Positions 1 to 15,900 of a DNA stretch of 64,000 nt are shown here, one piece after another. The DNA is from Amoebidium appalachense (lineage: Eukaryota > Protista > Ichthyosporea). Position 1 is the first letter of the stretch, and each line of letters opens with the position of its first letter. Location of the stretch: contig CAVNZM010000005.1 in assembly GCA_963693365.1 (NCBI GenBank), forward strand, positions 7,820,710 to 7,884,709, in the 5' to 3' direction. The notes below the pieces were generated by a model. The model was not told the origin of the DNA and ran no database searches. It saw nothing but the letters and a program-made list of their open reading frames with translations. The position numbers were made by a program, and so were the translations under genes.

Positions 1-17
1 TTGTTTTTTTTTTTTTT

Positions 18-61
<44 letters not shown>

Positions 62-127
62 TGCAGATCAAGCGCGTGGTGGTGAACATCGCATAACAGT
101 GCACACAGCCAGGCCCATGCCACTCAC

Positions 128-3676
<3,549 letters not shown>

Positions 3677-4207
3677 TATGGTATCAAAGCGTGCCCCAGG
3701 TAAGGGGCAAACGTGGCGGTGCCTGTGTCCATGTGCAGAAAACAACTAAGGAGTTAAAAAGAGTCAGCTATTGAGGCATAATGCTATTGTATTGTGTTGG
3801 AATAACTAGCTTGGCTCCAGGGAAAGAAGAACGGGTGGACATGTCACCTCTGCTCGAACAATGCTGTGGCACGTTCCCTTCGCTAACAGTTAGCATTAAT
3901 AATAATGGGAAGAGCTACGGAAACAACGTCTGTCTGGCTCAATACACGACCCAACTAAAGCTTTACTACGGTCTTTCTTGCCTTTGTGCATGCCCCTACT
4001 TGCTTTTAGTGTGATGAGCTCACCCTAATTCTTGTGCCTGGACAAAACGAAGCTGTAGCTGCTAACTCAGGCGTGCTTTCCCTTACTTTCGTAATTTGTA
4101 TGCGTGTGAGAAACGCCGCAGCTGCATACACAGAACAACCGCAGCCCTTGCAAAGCGGCTCACGATCAAAGACGTCCTACAGCGAGTGGCTCAAAGGTAG
4201 ATGAAAG

Positions 4208-4223
4208 TTACCAAAATAGGTAA
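4208..4223. promoter_or_regulatory. CArG box (SRF/Mcm1-type MADS site) in the divergent EEP/severin intergenic region
   Basis: TTA-CCAAAATAGG-TAA is CC(A/T)6GG with the TTA/TAA flanks of the extended Mcm1 consensus. Confidence 0.45.
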
Positions 4224-4879
4224 TGTTTGCGGATATTGATTGGTTGAATGTCAGGGTGTGCTCAAGCTGTGTACCCCTTAGAGTAAGAATGCAACAATTT
4301 ATCCCACTTTATAACAACTTCATTTTCGTGGTCGGAGAGAAGAGCACCTATAAAAAGATAAGTGCTCAAAGCAAATACAAAAATAAAGTAGAACCAGACT
4401 CTTTTATCTTAAGTTATTGTATTGAGTTGAATCTTGATAAGATATTTCAAATTTTGTAGCAGTACGAATATCTTCTTAAGCTTCTTGAAACTCAAAAAAA
4501 TCATTCTTTGTCAATAGTTTTATTGATTTGGGGGTGCCTGGTATGAAACCTACATACCTTGTTTACCACACTACGATGAGTCACTGACGGTTTGAAGGTC
4601 TGCAGTGTTGTAAGTACTGTACAGTACTCGTGGCACAGGCACTGTCAGGCAGACTATCCGGCGCGGCGGGCTTGTTGTTACACCGTCGTTGGAGCATAGC
4701 TGGACCAGGTTACATACACGCCCGCCGAACGACGAAACTTTACTAACGTTTTCGAAACCGGTGACACCATTGCACCCCATACAAAAACCCAGATCCTTTG
4801 CCAGTGCATACATACATAGGTAGACGCGCCCGACAGTTGTAGATCTCGTCTTCATAGTGAGCTAGGAAAGTTCGCAAAC

Positions 4880-7738
4880 ATGCAAAGCAAAGCTACACGT
4901 GGCGGCACCAACATTGACCTCCTGGGCAGTGATCTCGAAAGAAAGGCGAGAATATCATCCGCACAGGCAGAATCAAGCTGGGACAATGCCGGAGAGGAAG
5001 TGGGGCTTGAAATCTGGCGCATAGAGAATTTCGGCGTGAAGCCGTGGCCCAAGGAGCAGTATGGGCAGTTCTATTCGGGGGACTCATATATTGTACTCAA
5101 CACGTATAAGAAGAACCCTAGGACAGAGAGTCTAGCATACGATGTGCACTTTTGGATTGGAAACGATTCCACACAGGACGAATATGTCACGGCGGCTTAC
5201 AAAACGGTACGTATGTGCAGCACCCATGGGTGTGGGGATGCTACCCCACACACTGTGCAAGCATGCAGTTAATGCCTTTGGTCTATGGGTCGCGTGTAGA
5301 AAAAAAAAACAGGCTTGGCAGCACGATGCAGAATTGGTACGTGACTGCCGGCTCTCTGGTTGCCCTCTCGTCAGAACAGTCAATCTGGCAGAGCGCTAGG
5401 AGTCCGAGAGCCAGCGCGGAAGCGGTCGAGTTGAAGTGTTTGGCTGTTCGTAACTGCAGCTGCTCAATGGTGTATGCAAGCAAAAGCTGCTGAGGGAGAT
5501 GAGTTTAGAGTCAGCCGAAAGAGAAGCGATGGCTTTGCATCATCTTCAAGAAGCAACCGTAGTGAGAACACTTGCTACGTATTGAACCGCTAATCACATC
5601 TAACGAATTCCTCTTGGCATCACATACAGGTCGAGCTGGATGAGAGGTTGGGGGGTGCACCGGTGCAGCATCGGGAAGTGCAGGGGCACGAGTCCAAACT
5701 GTTCATGTCGTACTTCCCCACTATGAGGTTGCTGTCTGGGGGTGTTGAGAGTGGCTTCAGTCATGTCACGCCTGAGGAGTACAAGCCACGCCTGCTGCAC
5801 ATACGCACTGCAAAGGGTAGGTGACTGGAGTGTGGGGTGTCGGGGCCCTTGTATCCCTGGGTGTAGCACAGTGCGCAGCTAAAGCGTTGCTGGGGTTTTG
5901 GCTTAAACGTGCACACACCACATTCGTAAGCACCTGCCGCACACTGACACAAGTGCTCACCCCCCCCCCCCCCCCCCCCCCATAAATGCACCCCGCACGT
6001 ATACACGCACACACAGTGACAAGACACGCGCACACACGCACACATTGGCACACACACACACACGTCTTAACACACACACAACCACACATACACACACAGA
6101 CACGCCGCATTCACAAACCCACACTCACTCACGTGCTCAATTGCTCACTCACTTACTCACTCACCCGCACACACACATACACGCACATACACACACACAA
6201 ACAACGTGTGTTTCCGATAGCCATTCACGCCCACACGAAAATCCATCTCATACCCCCCTGCACCCCCCTCTGCCGCCTTCACCCCTCCCCCCTCCCCCGC
6301 CAACACTCTTTAGCCATCTCTCTCTCTTTTTCTCCCTCTCTCTCTCTCTCCCCCCCCCCCCTCTCTCTTTTTTTCTCTCTCTCCCTTTCTCCTCCTCTCC
6401 CTGTCCTTCTCCCTCCCTCTCTTACCCCCCCCCGCCCCGGCTCTCTCTCCCTGTACTCCCCGAGTCTCTTTCTCTGCCTCTCACCACTTACCTTCCATCC
6501 CCCCCTTCCCACCACTACCACAACACCCACAGGCACCAAGACGGTAGTAGTTGAGGAGGTACCCCTCACCGTCAAATCCCTCAACCGGAGTGACGCATTT
6601 ATTCTCGACACCGGGCTGAAGCTTTTCCAGTTCACCCCGAGTGGTGCAAGTGGTATGGAGAGGTTGAAGGCTGCACAGTTGGCTCGTGCACTGGACAACG
6701 AAAGAAAGTGAGTTCTGTTAGTCCCCATGCCTCACCCTCACTGACCCTACCCACACGCCTCAACTACTCAAACAAACATACACAGGAAAGCACATCCTCC
6801 CCACCTGCCCCCCTCTCCTTCTCAACCCCCTTGGGCAACACATACTCACACACCCATAAAACATTATAATCATTGGGTGCATAAAAAAAAAAGAAAAAGA
6901 ACAAAACCCAACTATTTGTCGCAGTCAGACATCATCTTGTATTGAACAGTTTTTTAGGCCTTTGACATGTGCTCGTATTCTTTCATCTGTGGCCGCACGA
7001 CTCATAGCACCCCCTCCCCTCCCCCTCCCTCCTCCCCCTTACCCTCCACTACAACCACCATCACCCATGCACCCACCTACCCCCTGCCTCTCTGACATCA
7101 TGCTGTGTATAGGGTTTGTTTCTTCGGCTACCTCTGTCACCTGTATGTTGTGAGGTCACGTGCACTGCCAATACGACACCATATTAACGACTAGCCTTGC
7201 CTAGATTCGCGGCGATTTCTTTTTTGGGCTCTTATGCATGTTCTCATTTTAAAGAAACAACCTTCGAGAAATGCCGAGGTAGCAGCTAACACGATCTTTA
7301 TGCACGCACGCAGAGGCATGACAACGCTGACAGTCTTTGACGAAAACGACCGCCAGAAAGAGTTCTGGGAGGCCCTCGGTGGCAAGGCCGAGATACCAAA
7401 GGAGGTGGAAGATATGCCGATGGTGAGAAAGCGCTTGTTCAGATTGAGCGATGCATCCGGCGAATTGACCTTCACGGAAATCACACCGGTGGCTAAGAGC
7501 GCGCTGGATTCGGATGACGTGTTTATCTTCGATGCAGGATACCAGGTAGGCGGAACTGGTCTGCGCTCATGGAACCTTAAAGTACATTGTTCTACTTTTA
7601 TTCCGCCACCCCTCCCCCCGCCGGCCACCACCACCGCATCCGTGTCCTTTCCCAATCCTATTCTTCTCACTTCTTTTCTGTTTTTGTTTAGTCATTTAGG
7701 GGGCGGAGGGTTGGTGCGTGTGGATGCGTGTGTGTGTG

Positions 7739-7775
<37 letters not shown>

Positions 7776-8409
7776 CGGGGAGAGAGAGGGGGGGGGGGGG
7801 GGGGGGGGAAGAGAGATGATGCACCTGCATGCTGAAAGCTTGTACGTGAGTTGAGGCGGTAGTGACAGTGGGGTGTGTGTGTGTTTGGCCAAGGGCCGGG
7901 GGGGGGGGGGGGGGACTGAAATTCTTCAGTGTCTCTCCCCAAGGAAAGGCACCCCTGCTACTCCTTTCGTTCTCCGTCCCCCCCCCCCCCCCCCCCCCCC
8001 CCTCCCTCCCCCCCTATCGTATAAGGAAAATGGGTATCGAGATAGGCAGGCAAAAAAAACGCAATGGTAATTTGGCTGAAGTATGCTGGTGCGGGACGCA
8101 ATGAGGGGGTGATGAGGGTGATGGGGGGGCTGTGGATCTCAATGTGGACACCTAGGCATTACAGTACAGATGGTTCTCGTGGCCCATGGTGACGGCTGCA
8201 TGCATATTGATTTGATACATTCATACTGCCGTGATTAGACAATCATGCGGTCGGCACATGTACATCACGTAGCATGACCATCAATTTGTGGTCTCCGTGT
8301 GATCATCCGTTGGCAACGACATTTTTTTCCTCGAACATAGCCTCCAATGTCCTCCAAGCCCCCCCCCCCCCCCCCCCCCCCCACACCCCCCCCACCCCAC
8401 CCCACCACA

Positions 8410-8441
<32 letters not shown>

Positions 8442-8756
8442 CCACCACAATCACTACCACTATCGATCACATACAATCACCACCAGTAAGCCTCTTTTCC
8501 ACCCATGAATCATTTTCATTTTCTCTCCCCGCTAACTATACATCAAGATGATAGTCACTCACGTCTTGGTTAACATTTCGCGCCCATGCAGATATTTGTG
8601 TGGGTGGGCAAGGGGACGACCAAGAACGAAAAGACGCAGGCCATGCTGTATGCCACAGACTACATGGAGCACGAGGGCAGGCCCCGCTATCTCCCTGTCA
8701 CCAGAATCATGGAGGGGGCTGAGAACGACAACTTCAACGCGTCCTGGACCTTGTGA
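4880..8756 (+). CDS. Severin/fragmin-like gelsolin-family actin-severing protein (3 gelsolin repeats)
   Basis: Exons 4880-5206, 5630-5816, 6533-6707, 7314-7545, 8592-8756 splice in frame. Motifs: [79 protein letters not shown]. Ends in TGA. Confidence 0.95.
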
Positions 8757-9242
8757 TGATATTAAGTATTGATGAGTTCAAGCAATTTTGCCAACATGTC
8801 ACACAGAGTATAGCTTTAGTTCTTGATGTATAGTGGTACCTCAAGCCCTCCCTTTGTCGCTCTGCATCTTCTGTGATACCTTTGTTGAATATTGCTTGAT
8901 GGGTACTTCTTCAACTTTGAAGCAATAATTGTTCTTCTCCAAACGTTGAATTTCGGAAAAGCCTAAGGCTGGTGCTGCCCTGTGTGTTGGCGCCCCCCTT
9001 CCCCCAGCAAATTATCATCTACTTTACAAATGCTTAACATGATGAATATGAATTCGAAGCTTTTAAATACTGTTTGAAAGTGAATCGTATTAGAAGGGAC
9101 TACTGAGGTCATGTGGGCTGGCTGTTGCCACGGTTCTGCATCGGGGCTGCTCTGTACCAATATGGTAAATAATACGGCATGTTTCATCAAAAGCTACCAT
9201 ATTGACCCCTTCCTCCTCCTCCTCCTCCTCTTCCTCCCCCCC

Positions 9243-9273
<31 letters not shown>

Positions 9274-10339
9274 GCACATGCATACTGTATGTACACACAC
9301 ACACGTACATTGCACACACACACACAAACACAAACACACAACGTCCCACGTACATACCCCGCCTGTGCGAAGCTTCGCCATGCATGTACATGTCCGAGTT
9401 CCCCAGGCTAAAATTTGCTCCGAGATCCGCGGTGCCGAACTTCCATTATTGAGGGAGCGACCAATACTGAGTGGCCTGCCAGTGGTGTGTAGTGCACATG
9501 TAAAGCGGCCCATCGTACGCCGGCAAACACACGGATATCACTTGTGGCGAACAGGGAGCCGTGACTAATGGATCACTGATGGCAGCTATCTCTTGATGAT
9601 TTTTTTGTTTTTGGTTGTTTGTTTGTGCGCCCTCGAGCTCGGAGCATTGAAAGTGCCTTTGGAGGGCATGTGACACTACTTCTCGGGCATGCCATGACTC
9701 GTGACTTTTTTTTTTTTCCCCTGGTATTTTTTGGCAGCGGACCTTTACCGTTTTGCGTAAAGGATGTAAATGTGTCCGGTATGTAGCAGATCGGTACATG
9801 GATAGGTATGCACGGCTGATGTCTGAAGACTCAGGGCCACAGTTTTTCTCAGGCGAAAAGTAGAAATGTTGCTTGCATGTTAGTCCATTGTGGGCCTAGA
9901 ACAAACGAAAAGTTGACGTTAGGGGTTTATGAAATAATATTGTGGCCAACACTAGTGTGTCTAGGACGCCAAGACACAGTGCTTCTTATGTCTACAAATG
10001 CACACAGACTTGTCTAAATGCCCCAACATAAGAGGCATAGCTCGTGACAGCAAGCCCTCCCTCCTACTCCTTGTTACACATCCATAGGGGACACTTGCAA
10101 GAGCAGGTGTAATCTAATCGAGTCGGAGTACCCAGACAGCTGCCATCCACCCAAGGACTGCAACTGCAGACAGCCTGGTTCTGGTTGCCAGCGGTGGTTA
10201 ATATTGCAGCTACCAATTGGCCTTGGGTCCAGCTGTAGCCCAACTAACAAATCATCTTCTCGGGAGCTTGATCGGTTAATTATCGAGCTCCGTGCTGCTA
10301 AATGCTTTCACCGTAGCTCGGTGTGTGACTTCCCCTTCC

Positions 10340-10380
<41 letters not shown>

Positions 10381-10737
10381 CACACACACACACACGCCAC
10401 CACCACCACCACCACCACCACCCACCAACCCAACCACCACTTTCCCACCCACCCCCCACCCCCCTACCCGTCCATTCCTTGGACCCTCTGCGCCGCTCCC
10501 ACGCTCTCCCCTCTCCCGTCCGCCTCTTCTTCTTTTCCACCTGTCCCATCCCCCCTTTCCCCCGCTCCCCTCCTCCTCCACCTCGGCCTCCCCCCCCCCC
10601 CCCCTCCCCCCCCCCGCCCCCCCCCACACACACACACGTACACGTACACACGCAATTATGCCCTCACCTACACACACGTGCGCGTGCACACACACACATA
10701 CACACACATACACACCACACACACATACATGCGCATG

Positions 10738-10822
<85 letters not shown>

Positions 10823-11065
10823 CTGCAGGCATGCAGATAACCATGCACAGACATATATGCACACGCACTTGCACACGCAAACCACACAAGCAAATGTCAT
10901 GTGGGCGCCTGTTGCGATTACCACAGTTCAATCGTTCGTCGTTCAATATTCCTTGCTGCATGCTGGTCATGCACATGGACTCCCTTTACCCCCCCCCCCC
11001 AAAACCCCCAACCCCCAACCCCCAACCCCGGGGGGCCAAACACACAGCTGACACACACGCGCGCG

Positions 11066-11120
<55 letters not shown>

Positions 11121-11308
11121 GCGCATTCAACACAAACGTACACATACGGGTGAGCACACGTGCACACATAGAACATGCCTTGTTCTGAAATGGAGGAGTT
11201 CCTCCTTCTCTCGTGCACACACACACACAAAAAGGATGTGTTTGTGTGTGTGCACGCGCGCGTGCGCAGGTGCATGGGTGCGTGCAGGTGGGTGGATGGG
11301 TGTGCATT

Positions 11309-11383
<75 letters not shown>

Positions 11384-11607
11384 ATGCGTATGTATGTATG
11401 TATTTAGGTCTACTTGCACGTGCAAACCCTGACGCTTTCAATCATCTGCAGACAACGATGGTGATAACTTGCGCACACGCACAGACTTGGCCGTGTGATC
11501 CGTGTTCTAGCCTTCGCGCCTCCCCTCTTCCGTGAGCCCCCCCTCCCTCACCCCCCTTCCCCCCTCCCCCCATCCCCCCCCCTCTCCCTCCTCTCTCCCT
11601 CCCTCTC

Positions 11608-11651
<44 letters not shown>

Positions 11652-11665
11652 TCCTCTCCCCCCCT

Positions 11666-11696
<31 letters not shown>

Positions 11697-11950
11697 CCCC
11701 CTTGCCGTGGTCGATAAGCAACCAGGTGTAAGCCCCAGGCCTTTAGGAGTTAATCATACCGGGTCCATCCATCCCCCTTTCTCCTCCCCGGTCACGAACA
11801 CACACACACACACACACAAAGACAAAACCACGCATCTACACATGGACGTACGCACATGCATACACATGCTCTCATGCACATCTCACAGCACACAAACATA
11901 CATACACAACTGCGCGAACACGCACGCACAACATACACACACACACACAC

Positions 11951-12002
<52 letters not shown>

Positions 12003-12060
12003 GAACACCTATGCTCTCCTCCATCCCCCCAGCACATACGTGTTTGTCGCTGCACTGCAT

Positions 12061-12389
12061 TAGTTTGCACACACATCTTCACCGTTTTGCTCACCTTGCT
12101 TGCATAAGCAACCCTGCTCGTCTTTGATCAAGACGGGTTGACCCACCCAAGTTCAGTTGATGCTGCTGTCTGAGTTGGAGCGTCGTATATACGCGGGCTA
12201 AGGGGTCGAAACTCAGACGCAATTGATGACTTGGGCCCTCCCTGAGGATGGGCTCTGCTTATGACGCATACTGTGCGCATGGCTGATGATGCTGCATACT
12301 TGAATGTTTGCCTTTGCATGTGTCCTGCACCATGCTTCTCATCGTGTATGCGTACTTCGTACTGTGTTCCGCATTCAAACCCCCCCCCC
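12061..12389 (+). repeat. Dispersed ~330-bp structured repeat, copy A
   Basis: Near-identical reverse-complement copy at ~62708-63040, partial copy at ~63152-63327 and fragment at ~62517-62552. Contains several internal helices. Confidence 0.85.
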
Positions 12390-12533
12390 TCCCCTCCCCC
12401 ACTCGCTCCTCCTGGCGTGTGCATCTGCCTCCAACCCAACCCCCTCAACCCCCCCCCCCCCCCCCCCCCCTCTTTCCCTCTTTTCACACCCCATCACCCC
12501 ACGCAGGAGGGGAGGGTGCACCACCATTCCAGC

Positions 12534-12902
12534 ATGGACGTGATTCCGGCAGCAGCCGGGTGCCACTGCCTGTGTGTGGAGGACAACATTGTACTGCAGC
12601 GCATGCTGACCAAGTGGTTTGAGAAGCTGGGCGTGCGGTGCAGCCAGGTGCATGATGGGCAGCAGGCCGTGGACAGGTGCAGGGAGACACGGTTCGACCT
12701 GATCTTCATGGATGTGGCCATGCCTGTAATGGATGGTATACAGGCTACAAAACTTATCAGGTGTGTGGGCGTACGGAAGGGGGAATGGGGGGGGGGGGAG
12801 AAGGGGGTTTTTTTTGGGGGGGGGGGGGGGGAAAGGGGGGGGGGGAGGATGGATAGGTGGGTAGATGGGTGGATGGCTGAGTAGTTTTTTTGGGGAGGAT
12901 GG

Positions 12903-12947
<45 letters not shown>

Positions 12948-15900
12948 TGGGTTGGTGGGTGGGTGGGTGAGGCTGCCAATATGCATGTGGTGTGTGATGT
13001 GTGCTGTGTGTGTGCGTGTGTGCGTGCGTGCGTGCATGCATGTGGGTGGTGAAGTGTGCCGGTCGGTGCCTGTTGGCGGGTGGGTGGATGGATGGTGTGG
13101 GTGGGTGGTCATCGGTGGGTAGGTGGCTTGGTGTATTTTGTAGGGTGAGTGTGTGCGTGTGTGTGTGGGATGCCTCCCTGCCTGCCTCCCTGCACGTCTG
13201 CACGTCTGCCTGCATGTGTGTGTATGTGTACCTCCGAGGATGTAGCATAGTGTATGGGTGGGCCCCTCTACGTGTGACTGTGTGTACGTGTGTGTTGGGG
13301 CTGCCTTCAAGACTGCAGGGTGTCTTGCAGGTGCTCATGTAGGCATGTAGCAATGTGTGAGGGGTGGTTTTGTGTGTGTGATTTGGTTTGCTTTATCACG
13401 CAGCATGCACCTGGTTTAGGTCTGGTCTGTTGTGCGACTGCCGGTTTCAGCCGGCATACCAGCTGCTATGTGTGTTGGGGTGGTTAGGCCCGGGTGTGTG
13501 AGGTGGCTTGTTTTCCGTAGGTGTTGTTTTCGGCTGGAGTGGGGATAAGGGGTGGGGTGGGGGGAGGAGGGGAGGGGGGGGGGGAGGGGGAGGAGGGGAA
13601 GAGGGGGGGGGGGAGGGAGGGGGGGGTTGGGCTGCTTGCCTACGTGCCTGTCATTGTGTGTCTTCGCAGATGCCTGTGCCTGTAAGTATGTGATGCTGGC
13701 GGTGGTGTGAGGGGAAAGGGTGTAATTGATGTGTTTGAGCTGTGACCTAACTCATGTTTTTGTGTTCAGAACCATGCCCGAGTCATGCAACCGGCGCACA
13801 CCCATTGTGGCGTTCAGTGGGCTCAACAGCACAGCCATCTTCGACTGCGGCATCAACGCCTTCATGAAGAAGCCCTTCAGCAAGCAGGACCTGGTTGACA
13901 TGATCAACACCTGGGCCACAAAACTGGTGGATGATGCTCTAGAGCAAGGTGCTCCACAGCCACAGAACCAGCCTACCACCCCCGCTGCTGCCACCGCTGC
14001 CCCCACTGCCCCTTCTCCTGCTGGGTCCACTACTGCTGTTTCTGCTGCCGGGGCCAATGGGAATGCAGGATCACCGGCACGGCCTGTTCCGGTTTCGGGC
14101 CCGGTGGGGGCTGGACAGGGGGGGCTGGGTGGTGTCAGTGGCACATGGCCGGGCAGGGAGCAGCAGCAACAACCCATGGCCCAGGGGGGGTTGGCGTTGT
14201 CGTCTCCGGGCAGCCGCTTTGCTGGCAGTCTGCCTCCCAATGCCAACGGCATGGTACGTGGGTGGATGGCTGGTTTGTTTATTTAATCACATTCCCTTAT
14301 TAATTTATATGCCTTTTTTCTGGGGGCCGGGGGGGGGGGGGGGGGGGGGGGGTCAAATGCTTGGGCTTGCCTGAGGTGCTGTTCTGTGAGGTTGAATAGC
14401 TGTGGGTGGGTGTGCGCGCGCACTCTCGTGCGCGTGCGTGCATGCGTGCCTTCTTGCGTGCGTGTGCGTGGGTGTATGTGTGTGTGTGCGTGTGTCTCAG
14501 TGCCTGTGTGTGTCTGCATGTTTGTGCCTAGGCCCTGTACCGTGGCTAAGGCTGCACCTCCTACTTTCTCCCTATGTGTCTGCATGTTTGTGCCTAGGCC
14601 CTGTACCGTGGCTAAGGCTGCACCTCCTACCTTCTCCCTATGTGTCTGCATGTTTGTGCCTAGACCCTGTACCGTGGCTAAGGCTGCACCTCCTACCTTC
14701 TCCCTATGTGTCTGCATGTTTGTGCCTAGGCCCTGTACCGTGGCTAAGGCTGCACCTCCTACCTTCTCCCTATGTGTCTGCATGTTTGTGCCTAGGCCCT
14801 GTACCGTGGCTAAGGCTGCACCTCCTACCTTCTCCCTATGTGTCTGCATGTTTGTGCCTAGGCCCTGTACCGTGGCTAAGGCTGCACCTCCTACCTTCTC
14901 CCTATGTGTCTGCATGTTTGTGCCTAGGCCCTGTACCGTGGCTAAGGCTGCACCTCCTACCTTCTCCCTATGTGTCTGCATGTTTGTGCCTAGGCCCTGT
15001 ACCGTGGCTAAGGCTGCACCTCCTACCTTCTCCCTATGTGTCTGCATGTTTGTGCCTAGGCCCTGTACCGTGGCTAAGGCTGCACCTCCTACCTTCTCCC
15101 TATGTGTCTGCATGTTTGTGCCTAGGCCCTGTACCGTGGCTAAGGCTGCACCTCCTACCTTCTCCCTATGTGTCTGCATGTTTGTGCCTAGGCCCTGTAC
15201 CGTGGCTAAGGCTGCACCTCCTACCTTCTCCCTATGTGTCTGCATGTTTGTGCCTAGGCCCTGTACCGTGGCTAAGGCTGCACCTCCTACCTTCTCCCTA
15301 TGTGTCTGCATGTTTGTGCCTAGGCCCTGTACCGTGGCTAAGGCTGCACCTCCTACCTTCTCCCTATGTGTCTGCATGTTTGTGCCTAGGCCCTGTACCG
15401 TGGCTAAGGCTGCACCTCCTACCTTCTCCCTATGTGTCTGCATGTTTGTGCCTAGGCCCTGTACCGTGGCTAAGGCTGCACCTCCTACCTTCTCCCTACC
15501 CCCCTCACCCCCTTGCCTATCCCGACAGGACATGGCCGAAGGGCCCAAGCCCCCCCTCTGGGCCAAACCCATGGCCCACATGGACACCACCCCGTCCCCA
15601 AAGAACATGCCCCCCTCAGTGGGGTTCCCCCCAAGTCTGCGCCGAAATTCGGGCCTAGACCAGCAGCCCTACCAACACCAACCACATACGACACATTGGG
15701 GGGGCGCTGGGGGTGTGGGGGGACCCGGGAGGGGGCAGGGGCCGGGGCCGGGGCCGGGTTTGGGCCCAGGAGGGATGGACGGGATGGGGGGGTTTGGGGG
15801 GGGCTCAACGTATGGACCCCCTGGGGGTAACCAGATGGAAATGAATACGCGGCTTGCAGACAACCTGGTCGGGCTAGTGGAGCAGAACCAACCAAAGGCC

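Noticed and set aside
12165-12218. Hammerhead-like GTCTGAGTT..GAAACTCAGAC in the dispersed repeat
   Set aside because: No CUGANGA core or stem II in the right place.
14283-15658. Long repeat-protein ORFs (441, 587, 418 aa) or a CRISPR-like array
   Set aside because: Stop-free 66-bp unit with no unique spacers; lies inside a GT-AG intron whose removal restores the frame.
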